DNA from: Octopus sinensis
Taxonomy: Eukaryota
DNA: 64,000 bases
Direction: 5' to 3'
Assembly (NCBI RefSeq): GCF_006345805.1
Contig: NW_021832120.1
Location: forward strand, 248,001-312,000
A program made the position numbers and the translations under genes. Below, one piece after another: positions 1-13,415 of the stretch (its first letter is position 1; each line of letters opens with the position of its first letter). The notes below the pieces were generated by a model that had not been told where the DNA came from, made no database searches, and saw nothing but the letters and a program-made list of their open reading frames with translations.

Positions 1-1175
1 AAGGGAAGGAATCCTAGCTCAAGGTTTCTCAACATCCGATGGGACAATTGGATACGAATTGAATGCCCAAGTTTACGAGATTTTTAGTAATCTTAGGTCG
101 ATAGGTTTCCCAATCAATGGGCAAAATTGCGTATAAAAATTCAAATCATGATTTCACTGCTTTGGATGGCTCTACGGATTAAAGAAACAATTCGAAATAA
201 AATTCAGAATATTACATGGCGAATCATGATCAGCTTAATAAAAAAATGCGGAAAACTTCCAATCAACTTTCAATGATTTGCTTGAAAACTATGTGGGAGA
301 AAACATTTTTAACTCTGATGAAACTGCATTATTTTATAAAGCTGTTTCTAAAAAGCGTTTTGCTGAAAGAAATGAATCACACAACGGACATAAAATAAGA
401 AAAAAACGTATGACACACACTTCTTTTGTGTTGCAGTGACACAGGAGAAAAATATAAACCGCTTATAATTGGGCGTACGACATTTCTTTCAAAAAGCTTT
501 GGAATATGACTGTTGGGAAAAAGAGGACATTGGAGAAAGTCTAATTAATTCCGATATTGTGGAAAATGCGATTTTTGAGAGTTTCTGGGATGATAACAGT
601 AGTAATGAAGACGACTGGAGCGAACACATTCTGGAACATTTGGATGATCAACAAGTTATAAAAATGCTATGCGTACTCACAATGCTGCTAAATGTTATTA
701 AACCTATTAAATTGAGTATCTTCAAAGGAGATATAGTCTGATATGATATACTAAGTTAAATAGGTTGAGATATTGGTAGGAAGATACAAAAGTAAGCATG
801 GAACAGTGACAACTAGCCGACAATATAGAATAAAACAGTTCAGGAAGTGGAAAACCCAGTTCGTTTAATCGACTGTCTCTAATTAAGTAGTTTAAATACC
901 AGTGGATACGACAGTTAAGAAAGATACTAAAGTTAATAATAATAAACCTTACATTCTTTTTTACAATTAGGTTTGGAACATCATGCTCATCGAAGTTGGA
1001 ATTACTTCTTAACATGTAGAAGTCAAATAATTACTCTGATTCCTTGTTATGAAAATTAAAGTTAATCCACAATAAAAAAGTTCTCACCTAAGATGGAATA
1101 GTATCCAAATTTTACATTTTCCACCAAAACTCCCTAAAAGTGGAATATAAGAATTGTGCCTATATGGTCCGACTG
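1..1175 (+). mobile_element. Degraded pogo/Tigger DNA transposon (left end outside window)
   Basis: Frameshifted fragments resembling CENP-B HTH and DDE_1 (FPING, ENIFNSDETALFYK, LLCCSDTGEKYKPLIIG). Right end GGTCCGACTG is followed by TA, matching a pogo CAGT terminus. Confidence 0.75.
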
Positions 1176-1433
1176 TATGATAAGTACTATTTTCTTAAAT
1201 TAGTACAATTTAAAATACAAAATAACAGCTGTGACAGTAAAAAACCAATTAAGCTGAGATTTATCAATGCCACCTCAAAATAACACATACCACCTGCAGG
1301 AATAGAAACCAAAAATCAAGACAAATCAGTCCGAACCGACAAGAAAACATACCAATAGATCTTTACACATGAAAAAAGAAAATTACAAAAAAGAATAAAA
1401 AACCAATCGCTAAAAAGGGAAACAACTCAAGAA

Positions 1434-2125
1434 TCAACTCCTAGACCTTCTAGAATTACGAGAAGAAGACCTCAAGGAACGGCTAACCATAACCCAGGAC
1501 CACCAACCTAGAGGAATAACTTCTCCTCCTCTTCTTATAGTGTGAATCAGAACTAGATCTACTATCACGTCTCCTCCTCTTATGGTGAGAGACAGAACTA
1601 GATCTGCTATCACGTCTTCTCCTTCTATGGTACGACCCTGAACTTGATCTACTGTCCCGTCTCCTCCTTCTATAAGCTGGAGATCTCCCTCTCGGGGACC
1701 TCCCTCTGGATCTTCCATAGGGGGCTGATCGAGTACAATCATAGGAGTAATGTCCAGTCTCATTACATCGATAACAACGATCGTCTGGGTTAAATGGACG
1801 TCTTCCGTTATTGGACCTGTTTGAGGACCCTTTTGAATGTTCCACACGCACACGATTGCCACAAATTACACTTTTTCTGAAAAAATGACTACTTACGAGC
1901 CGTCGAGTTTTCGGACTGCATCATCTGCGTCTCGGGAGTCCTCAAATTCGACAAAGGCAAAGCCTGGTGGGTTTCGAGCCACCCAGACGTTCTTTACTTT
2001 ACCAAATTTCGAAAAAGATGATTCTATTTCTGCTTCAGAAGCATCTCTGGGAAGATCTCCGATAAATACTTTAAATTCATTTCTATTTATTTGTTATTTT
2101 TTATAATTAACCTGCGATCACCCAT
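1434..2125 (-). CDS. SRSF7: SR splicing factor SRSF7/9G8-like (RRM, CCHC zinc knuckle, RS domain); 3 micro-introns (28, 25 or 19, 25 nt)
   Basis: Spliced translation [16 protein letters not shown]...[30 protein letters not shown]...[14 protein letters not shown]...RS repeats, ending in TGA at 1434. Confidence 0.92.
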
Positions 2126-3033
2126 GGCACACTAGAAACTAATTCCACGTTATCAATATTTATTAATTAATCAATTATTAGTTAATTATTTAATTAAATC
2201 ATTTATTTTTTTATTAAAGTGATACTTTATATAAGATTTTGTAGGAAAAATATTTTTTCAATGGATTTGCTTAGGACTTGAAAACAATGTGAAAAATCTC
2301 CAGAAGTGGCTGACCCAATTCCGCAAAAAACGTAAGATATATGCTCGTGTATTAAATCATCGAATGATATATTTATAGAGTTATTTCACAGGATTTCATA
2401 GAATTAATTTTCTTTGAATAATTCTGCTTTTAAATCGTTTTCTAGCTCATAAAATTCCTAAGAGCCTGTAAAAAATTTAAATTGTGAAATGCTAATCCAA
2501 CAGTATCAAAAAACTAACAAAATAAACAAAAAATCAACAAATAAAAAAGCATTAAATTATATTAACAAACATAGAGTAAACGAGTTGGCTTTCCGCATGG
2601 ATTGAAGCCTGCTTACATCGAGGATGCTCAGATGATTAATGGTCGGTTAACTTTTACTATGAAATTTCACTTTTTTATTTAATCAACAAGTAGGAAGAAC
2701 TCTCCTAAGTCTGAAACTGTCCTTGCCTTCCACGCCAATTTTATATGTCCTTAAATTTTATTTTATTCTGCAAAAATTTGCTTGTGTTTTCAAAAAATAA
2801 TTTGTTCTTTAAATGTTTGTTTCATTTTGTTAACATGTGAAAAGCTTAGAGTAATTACGTGTTTTCTAGATAAGACGGGATATTTTCACAAGTCGAAAAG
2901 CTACAAAAATGGAATATGGGTTCTCTTAGCTATGCAATAAACAGTTTGTAATTGTACAATTTAAATATTTTCAAATAAATGTTATTATTTGAAACATACT
3001 GTTATATAATATTGGCTTTATAGTCGTTTTTAT

Positions 3034-3205
3034 TTATTTATTTTATTTATTCAAAGACCAAACACGGGTAAGCCAGTTAATTATTATAATCCCCGTGATC
3101 CCCGATTCAAGCGAGGGAGATCCTACTGAAAGGTTCAATCCTGCCTACATGAACGGCCTGAGACGACGATGTCCCAGGGTCAGAGTTCTAGAAGTCTTTT
3201 TTTCG
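3034..3205 (-). mobile_element. 5'-truncated retroposon (LINE 3' end) with (TAAA)n tail
   Basis: 11-bp TSD GTCGTTTTTAT at 3023-3033 and 3206-3216; GC-richer body; minus-strand tail GTGTTTGGTCTTTGAATAAATAAAATAAA. Confidence 0.7.
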
Positions 3206-3372
3206 GTCGTTTTTATGAAAAGAATATTATAAGTAAACTATTTTCTATGTTTATTTAAATTGATTTTTTCATGTAAAATGTAATGTTAGTAAATAAAATT
3301 AAAGTGAAACTTAGGATGGCAAAAAAGTATCGAATAAAAAAAAATTTCAAATTCAGGAATATTCTTCTAAAT

Positions 3373-3924
3373 CAGGGGTTCTCAACCTTTTTAGCTCAAG
3401 GGCCAAATCGATAATTAAGATTAGCTTCGCGGGCCGCACAAAAAATATTTTATATATTTTTATATTTTCCATTTTACTAAATATTGATTCGCATAAATAT
3501 GTAGATTCATATATGCATTGTGTGTTATATTTTTGAATTTGTCTTGAGGAATTAATTCGTAAAAATTAATAATGGACGCATTTTTGAACAATGTCGCCAG
3601 TTCTATATCATGTTGTAAATTAATGAGTTCTAGTTGAAACTTTGCAGGCGCATCCTTAATTTCCACGCTGAATGGAGTTGCGAATATTTTCATTAAAGGA
3701 AGGAATTCTTTAAAATTCTAAAAATTAAATTTATATAAATGTACCCCAAAACGTGCTTCAAATTGATTAATTAAATCACCAATTATGGATATGTTTAACC
3801 TTAAGAATGAATAATTAAATTTAAACATTATTAAAAAATTAAAAAAGTTAGTTACTCTAGAGGGGCCGCAAAAAAAATCCTGGGGGCCATATGCGGTCCC
3901 GGGGGCCGCATTTGAGAACCGCTG
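3373..3924 (-). mobile_element. Non-autonomous hAT element (SPIN/GTF2IRD2-like transposase C-terminal fragment)
   Basis: TIRs CAGGGGTTCTCAA...TTGAGAACCGCTG; perfect 8-bp TSD TTCTAAAT; internal FATPFSVEIKDAPAKFQLELINLQ. Confidence 0.9.
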
Positions 3925-4399
3925 TTCTAAATTATTTAATCTAAATATGCATCTTCTTAGTTACCTACGAGTATGTTTGTATATATATTTACCATAGAAA
4001 GACATATAAAATACATTTTTGAGATAAAATTGACTTTAGTAAACTTAGCTTTGAGTTTTATTAAAAAAATACTGTTTTTTGTGACAGCCCGGAATTCACA
4101 AATACCTGACTTTTTAACGTGTGATCAGTATTTTAGACTGATTCTAGTACTCGGATATTTACACAAAAATATTTCCTTTTAATAAATAAAAGACATTTCT
4201 TTTTTTAATTGTTTTCTTGATCAAATGGATTACAAAGTGAAGTCATTTCTATTAACAAAAATACGATTAACAAAAATATTTTTAATGTGACAAATGCATA
4301 TACGGTTGTGGTATAGGTCCTATATCGCGATATCGCCCACGTTGAGAACCACTGGTATAGGAAAAATTAGCGTATGGCGTTCTAAGTAAGAACTACATT

Positions 4400-5050
4400 A
4401 AAATAATTTACTTTCAGATAAAAAAAATTACCAAAAAAATGCACGGAAGCAACAACATTCAAAGGCGGGTCAAAGTGCAATGGATAGCCAACAGATAGCA
4501 CATTTGCATAATTAATAACAAATATGCCCGACCAAATAAACGTTTGGGCAATGCACAAAATAAGATGGGTTTATATTCACAAAAAGATACCGGACATACA
4601 ATTAAGGGGCAGTAGTAGGTCTTACACACTAAATTGTCCATGGCTATTTCTCTCTCTTGTCTAGAAACTTTTGAAACTGGGTTTCGAAAGTTTACTATCT
4701 ATTTAAGGGTTTCTGCATCAATGTCACAATTTTCAAGATTTTCCAGAAAAGACAGAGTGACAGACACTGTCAAAAGCAGGTCGATAAAGCAGAATCTTGT
4801 GCCTTAGATACAATCGAATTCAGTCGATAAATGTAGTCAGCACAGGATCGTCCGGACGAAAAATTTTACTGATGATGAGAGAGTCAGTGATTCTTTTCTA
4901 TATGCAGCACTAGGCTTCTATAGATGATTTTTTCCAAATTAAACTTATAGGTCTATAACTCAAGACTTCTTGTTTAGGTTTCTTAGGTTTTTGAATTATT
5001 CAAATCTAACTTTTTTTCCATGAGTGTTGCGTTGCGCTTGCAAAGTTTTG
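4400..5050 (-). mobile_element. Highly degraded LINE reverse-transcriptase remnant
   Basis: Minus-strand ICFIDL..AFDSVCH...ENCDIDAETLK resembles RT motif 3; many stops and frameshifts; boundaries approximate. Confidence 0.4.
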
Positions 5051-7432
5051 CGGTCGCTGGGTTATAAATGTTCTTTCAAGGCAAACTTTAAAAATAATCC
5101 CTAGAAGTATAACCTTTCTTTGCCAATCCCTTAGGAGATAGATATAACTAAATCAACAAAACGTATTGTTTTAAAATTAGCGACCCTAAATGTTTTCTTA
5201 TTGTGCCTCCAGAGTTGTTAAAAATAATTTTATTTAAAAACAAAAAAACCAAGTTAAAAACAAAATTAGTCGTAATAATCATATAGTATTACTGTTTCTT
5301 CTTCATTTAAAAAGATTTCTATTAAGGAGTTCTCCTCCTCGAAACAATATAACGAATCAACTGTATAAAAGTTATCTATTTCTTTGTTCATCTTTAGATT
5401 AGTTTAAGTTTTAATGAGCGCCGATAAAGTATTTATACTAGTTAATTAGGGGTGGTTTACGTTCGCTGTTTGAGTTTTTTTCAATACTTCCTCTTTCTAT
5501 CTTGTAAGCAATATTTTATGAAATACAATTGTGTAGTAATTAATGATTAATTTGTTATTTACGACTTGCCTCTTTTATTACTCTCAATTTGTAACTTTAA
5601 ATAATTTACTATTTTCAAAAAATATTATTATACAAAACTAAAAGTTGTCGTTTATTGCTACTGTAAATCTATTCAAATAAATAATTTCAAAATATATTTT
5701 ATAATCTGGTATGAAGATTGGAATCATTCTCGAATGGAATTAATATTGAATGTAAAACAGTCGTTGTAATTATGGAATCATATAATCTAGTTCCTTTTCT
5801 TAATTATGTAATTTGATCAGACAATAACCGAATTTGTTTATATTTATATCTTACAAACTATTTGATTTTTAAAAATTTTAGAATCTTAAAAAATGATTTT
5901 TGTGTCAATAAGTTGCACAGATCACAAAATTTACTTCATATTATTAAAAAAATAGAGCTTATGTTTCGGTTCATTTTCATGGTTATAAAACATTCGATTA
6001 CGAGCATTTCAAAAATGATCGCAGGATTTAACCCCCAAAGGAGACCCTTTCTAGAATTTTCTTAAGAGAGGATTACTGGATATAAGAATGTATGCACTCA
6101 TATATACGACTTGTAAGTATCGTATTTGGTGACCAAACATTTAAACTATTATTTAATTGAAATCACTTAATTAGAGTAAACTAAATTTTCTAATTAGGAG
6201 TCTAGACAAAAAAAAAATTTAAGCTTACATACATTGAACTCTGAAATAACTTTTCTTATGACCTCACTTTTTACGATAAATTAATGTCGACGACAAAGAA
6301 ATTCAATTTTTTCTACGCCTCAGTAAGACGAGAATGGGTCTTCATCTTTGCAAACAGTCCGAAGGAATTACTATTTTTTCAATTTTTCCTTTAAATAAAG
6401 CTTTAGATTAAAAAAAATAATATTTATCATTTTTTAACAAAAATCAAAAGCTTATTCAGTCACTCTGCGTAGGCCCTGGTATTCATGTCCTCCGGTAATA
6501 TCATTTCTTAATTTGATTGTATTCGGAATTTAATGATCAATAAAAAAATAAACTTTATTATATTCGAGAAAAGCGCCTCAGAACAGGTTACATCCCAGAG
6601 ACTATTAAAAAAGATTTCAACTACAAAAAATCCGCGATTAACACGTTTGTGTTGTGATTTAGTATTAGGTCTTCGAAGAATACAACAAAATTAATAGGAA
6701 AGATATATTAGTGCAATTTTAATGATAATTTCTACACGCTGGTAAGTCGGTTTTTATCAAATAGAATGGGATAAAGAGAAATTGTGTGAAATCGATAGTA
6801 ATATCATATATCCTATTATCCAGCATGACATTTCTTTCACATGTTTCAACTTTCTTTCTAAAGAAGGCCGTCATACTTTTCGAATTTTCTAATCTTCATT
6901 TATTTTAAATTTTAAGGGGATGTTATCCCTACTTGGATCTAAAAGATCCGATTCTTTTTTATGGAAATTTAACAAATCTGGTTTTTTATTTTCTAAATTA
7001 TCCCTTTTAAAAATTTATCAACTTTTATTTTGACCGATGTATTTACTAGCATGGAGTTGAATAAATTTCTTTTTGCACTTATATTTAATTTGAGATATTC
7101 AATAACATTGTTGTGTAACATTGAATTCCCAATAACCAACACTTTGGGAATTTAATCAAATTAAAATCTGCTTGTTTGTTAGAACAGGCCAAATAAAATT
7201 CATTTGTCAAATTAGCTTATAGTTATTTCCCGATTCTTCTGTACACGTGTAAACTTTTGATTGTGATGAATTGATCCTTTTTTGTTTTATAATTAAAAAA
7301 GTCACACTTCCTAACAACTTCCTCAAAAGTCAATTTTTAGGAAATATTACAAAAAATTCAATCGATTTTTACAGTGAACTTATTTTTCTGATAAAAGTAC
7401 AATTTGAATTTATTTTAAAATTTAATTCAAGA

Positions 7433-7990
7433 TCACCAGTCTAGAGAATTTGACACGTTAGAAGCAACAAGTTGATATAAATCACATAAAACTGAAGCTC
7501 TACTCCACGAGTCATAATTGTCAAACTCCAAACCGAGAAGCTTTCTCGCCATCTCCCTTAATGTCATCTTATTACTGCCAGTCTTTCTCATCATTGCGAT
7601 TAATTCAGGACACAAATAAGTGTCAAAACAGTTAAAATAGGCAATGTTTAACTCCAGAGCAACAAAAAATTGACCAAGGTCATGACCAATTACAAGTTTA
7701 TCCTACGAATATAAATCAAAAATATTATCACTTTTAAGATTTCTTCTATAATTGCACTAGCTTTGTGAAAAGAGATTGATTTATACAAATCTTGAGGACA
7801 GATTCCTCCATAATGAGTCCGAAAGTTTGTCACTGGTTGGTCCGGCAAAATAAAGTCTTCGAATAAAATATTTAAGTCTGGGTCAACGATAAGACAGTAC
7901 GCTATAATTTATTTGAATAAACAGTAAGATACCTAGAGCAGATTTCCTGAGATATACTTCCACAAATTTCCAACAAACAGCAACGTACAT
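7433..7990 (-). CDS. REXO4/AEN/ISG20-like DEDDh exonuclease fold, catalytic residues lost; 2 micro-introns
   Basis: MYVAVCWKFVEV...SALAYCLIVD...FILPDQPVTNFRTHYGGI...ILKDKLVIGHDL...TLREMARKLLG...YDSWSRASVLCDLY. The frame is open after GT-AG splicing; the start could lie slightly further upstream. Confidence 0.78.
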
Positions 7991-8812
7991 CGATAACTTT
8001 AATTTTTTACTTCCTATACATACTATTGCTATGTAGGCTAACCAATTAATAATATTTAACTAATTTTTTTATAAATATATTATCAATGTTAATATTAACA
8101 TATTAATTGTATAATTTATCTACATGGGGTATTTCCAATACCAAACTAAGGAATCTTGACTCCTTTCACAGAAAAAAGCTTCGTATCTTAAATGTTTTCC
8201 AACATGGAAAAAACCTTAAACAACTAAGATGACTTGGACAAACTCCGGAGGCCCAAAACTCGGAAGGTGTAATAAAATGGTTAAGAAAGTCGTATCGTGT
8301 GTGGCACGTGTGGGAATATGACTTATTCTGTTCATACGGGAAGTGCTATAATAATATTGACATAGTAATTGTAAAAGCGACAAATAAATTTTTTCTTAGA
8401 AATATAGTAGAGGAGTTACTGATGGGACCTATGTCTTGACCGCGGAATTCATCTTTCAGAATTTAAGCGACCAACATTTTACAATATGGTTTTACAAGGA
8501 GATAAAAGAATCATATAAATATAATTTTTTGTGTTTTTTCTTTGCTTAATATAATTCTGTGACGACCTAGGCCTTCACTTCATTCATATTTTTTTGGTTA
8601 TTTTATTTTCCAGCTGATTTGATTTTTTAACATTTGGAAAAATTTTCAAGACGGCCAACAATAAATCTCAAAAAAATTTGCATTCCAAAAAACAAAATAA
8701 TGTACGTTTATAAACAATCTTTAAATGGAAGAGTCTTTTTCCAACTAACAGGATGCATTATGTTAAAAAATGAAATAAATTTAAATTCAAATCATAAATA
8801 AATATTTTATTC

Positions 8813-9462
8813 ATGTCGATTGCTGTGGTTTGTTCAAGTAATCAAAATAGGAGCATGGAAGCCCACGCTTTCTTAAAGCAAGTGCACTTTATTTTAAATT
8901 CCAGAAATAAAGGATACAAAGTGAGTTCATTTGGGACCGGAAAAAGAGTACGACTGCCAGGACCTTCAATCGACCAGCCAAATGTTTATAGCTTCGAAGT
9001 ATCCTACGACAGCATATACAAAGACCTTATCTCCAAGGATAAAACTCTCTACACTCAAAATGGCCTTCTCAGAATGTTGGACAGAAATCGGCAAATAAAA
9101 CAAACTCCCCAACGTTTTCAGGACTGTTTAGAAAAATTTGATTACATAATCACATGTGATGACGTTGTTTTTGATCAAGTGATTGAAGGTCGTCAAAATT
9201 TGTACTAAAAACAGATCTCCTTTCCCGGGAGTTTGATCTCAAGTCGACGAAATGTTACGTAATCAATGTTCCAATAACTGACAATCACGAGGATTCTACT
9301 TTGGGGTCATTCGATATTGCCGAATTGTGCGATATGGTCGATTTTTATTTTTATGATTAGGTTTTTTCGAGTGTTGATTTTGATGCTCATGTTGATGGAA
9401 TTATGGACGATTTGAGAGTTAGGACTAAGCGAAATATTATTTATGTAACTTGTTTTTATTAG
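8813..9462 (+). CDS. SSU72: RNA polymerase II CTD phosphatase Ssu72; introns of 27 nt (GC-AG), 25 nt and 24 nt
   Basis: VVCSSNQNRSMEAH catalytic motif, SFGTG..VRLPGP, YTQNGLLRMLDRN, INVPITDNHEDSTLG, C-terminal CFY followed by TAG. Confidence 0.95.
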
Positions 9463-10544
9463 TTTTTGAATTTTAGTTTTACTGTTAAAAATATATTTAT
9501 GTAGTTTTTTGATTTGTTTTTACATACGGTGCCCGACAAAGGTTGTACGCATTCAGAAATGATAATTTTGTTATGGCTAAAATGGCAGCTTGGGCTGAGT
9601 GCAAATGTGGTTGTTTATTTATTTAGACATAATTGATTCGTTTTTCGAAAAAGGTATTTTTGAGAGTGGTTTCAATTGGTCTGTAAGAGTGACGATGATG
9701 TGTTCTGAGGATATTGAGAGTATATGAAATTGAGGGTCTTACAGGTGATCGAGGATCCAAATGTTGGGTTTCTTGTTCTGGATATCAATCGAGGTGTGTA
9801 TTCGAGAATCCGCCTTAATTCACGGTAATTGATACATAAAAATTCAAAAAATACTTAACTAAAACAATACATTTTTTGAATGCGTTTGATATTTCTAATT
9901 AGGTTAGTTCTCAGCTTGTAGGACGGCTGTACATGCATTAAAATATTTTATCTGTGGACCCATCATCAATAGCGTGCATTTATTGACTGTTAATTGCTTT
10001 ATTATTTGTTTAGAATAAAGTTTTTACTTTATTAGTTTATGATAAATGTTTAAAGTTATTACTAATAATTTTTTAATGTTACATTACTTTCAAAATGTAC
10101 ATCTGTTGTAGTAACAGGCAACTAAGAAAACTCAATTTTATGGTGTGATGAATCATTCGGAAAACGAAGACAGTTATCAGACGTCGTGGGTTCAAATCCA
10201 CAAAGGAGTATAACATTAATATTAATTCTTTGTTTTTTTTTTGATTCCGAAATGTATTAATAATTGAATATAAAAATAAAGTGTAACCATAAAATGTAAC
10301 CAAACCTTCTCTAGCCATTAATATGTCGTCAATACATCCCTAATATATCCCCAAAGTCCATCAGATCATTCCACCTTTTACTGTCCGAGGAGAAAGGACA
10401 CAATTCTCCCATATTCGTAGATGAGGACATATATTATTTATATATAAAAAACAATAATTATTACTTTATTGTGACAATATCACCTCTAGTTGTCGTTCTC
10501 ACCCACACCAACACAAATACAGTGCTTTGAATTTCTATAATATG

Positions 10545-12456
10545 TGTATTCTAACACTATTTCTGTGATTTTACCGACAAGACTGTGATTCCCTAATCAA
10601 GACTGTCATGTTGGAGGACGTCAAATTTCACCAGTGTGTCTCCTTGGCTGATTTGAAGAGACAGTTGTTGTGTTGTTGTAGTGGACAGGCTAGTAATAGG
10701 AATAATATTGCTGGAAAATGGTTAAAATACTGCTTCCAGTGTCTTCCGATATTTGTGTGCCCCAGATTAAGGTCAGTAGAGGCACGGATCAGTACAATCC
10801 CAACCAGAACTGCCTTGTATGGACTTTTGGTTAACTTCTTTTTACTATTATTATATTTTTGAATATGCAGAAAATGATAAAATAGAAATTCTTCAATATC
10901 CAACGGATCAAAAATATCTGTCCTTTCTATTGGTATACTATCTTCTGATTTATTTTTCACTTTATCATTATTTAGAATTCCGGAACAATTTGAAATGATA
11001 TGTTGCAATACATCTTCCTATGCCATTTTAACAAATATCTGAAACAACCCGACTTTGCTAGTGCTTAGGCCTATGTGTCAAAAAAAACTGACCTTTAAAC
11101 TCTCGACTAATAGATTTTGAATTATGTATACGGTTTCAAAGCCAGTTCAGATAATATGTGTTTAAATCTTTTAATTAATAATTAATTAAATTAATTAATA
11201 TTTTTAAGAATGCACCTATAACATTATAAATTATAGTATCTTAAGTCCACGCTGCTTTTTTTTGTTGTGGTCAGTTTATTTATTTGTTTTCTTATTTCTA
11301 TTATTATTTGAGGTAATGGAATAATCTGTCACCAATTCATTAATATTTTATAAATGAATTGTTGATTTTTGTATTATATGGTTATACTCCATGACTCTCT
11401 GATACACATTTATATTTCTTTATTTAAAAAATATTTCTCTGTTAACGGATTTCTTTTTTCAAGGGGAAATTTTTTCCTAATTCTTTTTATCTACTAATCA
11501 TTTCCTAAAATTATACTGCAACTCGCTCCAGACTTTTTGCCAAAAAGAGACACATTCTTCATCATCAAATCCATACTGCGTCATTTCCTCTTTCATTGTT
11601 AATTCTTGATAGAATCTTGTTTGATTTAATTCGAAGCACTGATTTTAATGATTTCCAATTCTGCAGATAATTTTGAAATTTTCTTTTCAATATTTTCTAC
11701 CCATTTGCTCTGTGGTTTGTTTCTTGTGGTTAGAGATAAATATGCACATTGAGCAGCATATTGAATATCAGAAATGCTATTGATATCATAAGGATGATTA
11801 TCTTTCGTAATATAATATATCGCCGAATTCAATCCTGTCAATATATCAGTTTTCAAGTATTTATTTTGAATTTTTGGAGTTGGTTTGCGTGAATCCCTTG
11901 GAATCGATTCAATATTCTTATATGTGTTTAAAATCCAGTCATACCACCAAATAATGTGTTTTTGTTAATTAATGTCACCGGTTGAGAGTGATAGTAGGCT
12001 GAGAACGATATTAAGAAAAATTCATTTAAAGAAAAACAAGTCTTTTAATTGCTTCCTAAACTGGCCAAGTCTCTGCTATCTTCTTGACTTACATAGCCAT
12101 ATTCAGACTTCATTATCATACCAGTAGGTGAGAATCCTTTGACATAATATATTCTCGTATCCATATGTTCATTGAGCATATAATAGAGTGGCTTGATGCA
12201 TAAAGTCTTAATTGTCTTTTAGTTTGATTCCTGACAAGATGTCACTGGTTATGTTTATGCATGTTGGGACATTGTGAGAATACGGAAAATAACAGCCATT
12301 ACTGATCCGTGTACAAAGAAACCTGTGCACTGCGGTTCCTGTCCTCTTAGGAGCTTTAGTGAAAATATCCTGAGTTTAGTTTTGTCTTTGCTAATCCAGT
12401 AACTCTTTTTTTAACATTCTCGAGAATTGTCTCCAACACTTTTTGTTTTTGTACAT
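10545..12456 (-). mobile_element. Fragments of R4/Dong-like REL non-LTR retrotransposons
   Basis: Remnants RFYQELTMK...CVSFWQKVW and NVQKQKVLETILENVKKRVTGLAKTKLNS; the latter continues the RT at 16271+ across the CRE insertion. Confidence 0.55.
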
Positions 12457-12491
12457 AATTCATTTGAAAAAGAGTTCTTCAGAATAGCTAA

Positions 12492-13415
12492 TTAAGTGTC
12501 AGCAGTGGCTGCACCTCGGATTGCAAGCGAGTTACCTCGCAAGATTGCGATCGATATCCTCTGGTACAGCCAGCCGATTTGGCGGTGGTCCTTCGTGCAC
12601 TTGTGGATGCACTTCCCAATTTCGGTCAGAAGCGACACTCCGGCCGTCCCTATCACTCCACTTGTCTCCACAGCAATCGGGACAAAGTGGTAATTTGGTG
12701 GGAGAGAGGCGTATTTCTTCCGCTTCGTCTCCTCAGCCCGACGGGAAGCGAAGCCGGGGGAGGACGCAGACTGAACAACGGTCCCGGGGGCAAAGGTGTC
12801 CGCGCAGGTAACATCCCAAACGAGACATTTCCCCTCCGAGAATGGAAAGACCGTCATTCCGTCTGGGCGCTTGCCGTCGCCACGGTCGAGGCCGGCAGGC
12901 TCCAGAACAGAAGGGAAGCCTGCGGCATTGAGGGCCTGTTTAACGACGTGGTTCAGGCCAGCGTGTCTCGGGATACGCCCGGTGCTTAAGCGGCACGAAA
13001 GGGGGTGGAGACCATCGGGGTCAATCATGTGGCCGCACTTGCACCGGTGAGGGTGGCAAAGGGGAATTCCCAGACGAAGACAGGTCCCGATTCGAGTCGA
13101 TTCATCATCCAAGAGGAGGCCAGCGGTGGACAGAGGGATGGCTTTCAACCAGTCTCCAGAATGCGGGTGACAGGCTGCATTCAACGAGGCGAGTTTAACA
13201 TGATCGGCGCTTCCTTTAAGGGACTTTGCCACTTCTTTGCAGCGGATGGAGTCCTAACTCCTCTGCAAGTGATCCCCCACACGGAAGGCAAAACCTGAGG
13301 CGGTCCAGGCAGCGAGGGCATAAGAAAATTCAGTCAGTTCAGAACGTTCAGGGGAGCGAAAAAGAACAGAACTGACAAAATTTCTTGATGCCGAGAGCGA
13401 AGATAGGTAGCATGG
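12492..13415 (-). CDS. CRE element C-terminus: zinc-binding motif plus restriction-like endonuclease
   Basis: SGDWLKAIP...RLGIPLC..HRCKCG...HPLSC...RH...LEPAGL..DGKRPDG...WDVTCADT...KRKKY...FVPIAVETSG...QRISIAILRGN. Confidence 0.88.

Noticed and set aside
2260-2700. Small spliced gene divergent from SRSF7
   Set aside because: Exon-like patches and one GTAAG donor are present, but no consistent start-to-stop model.
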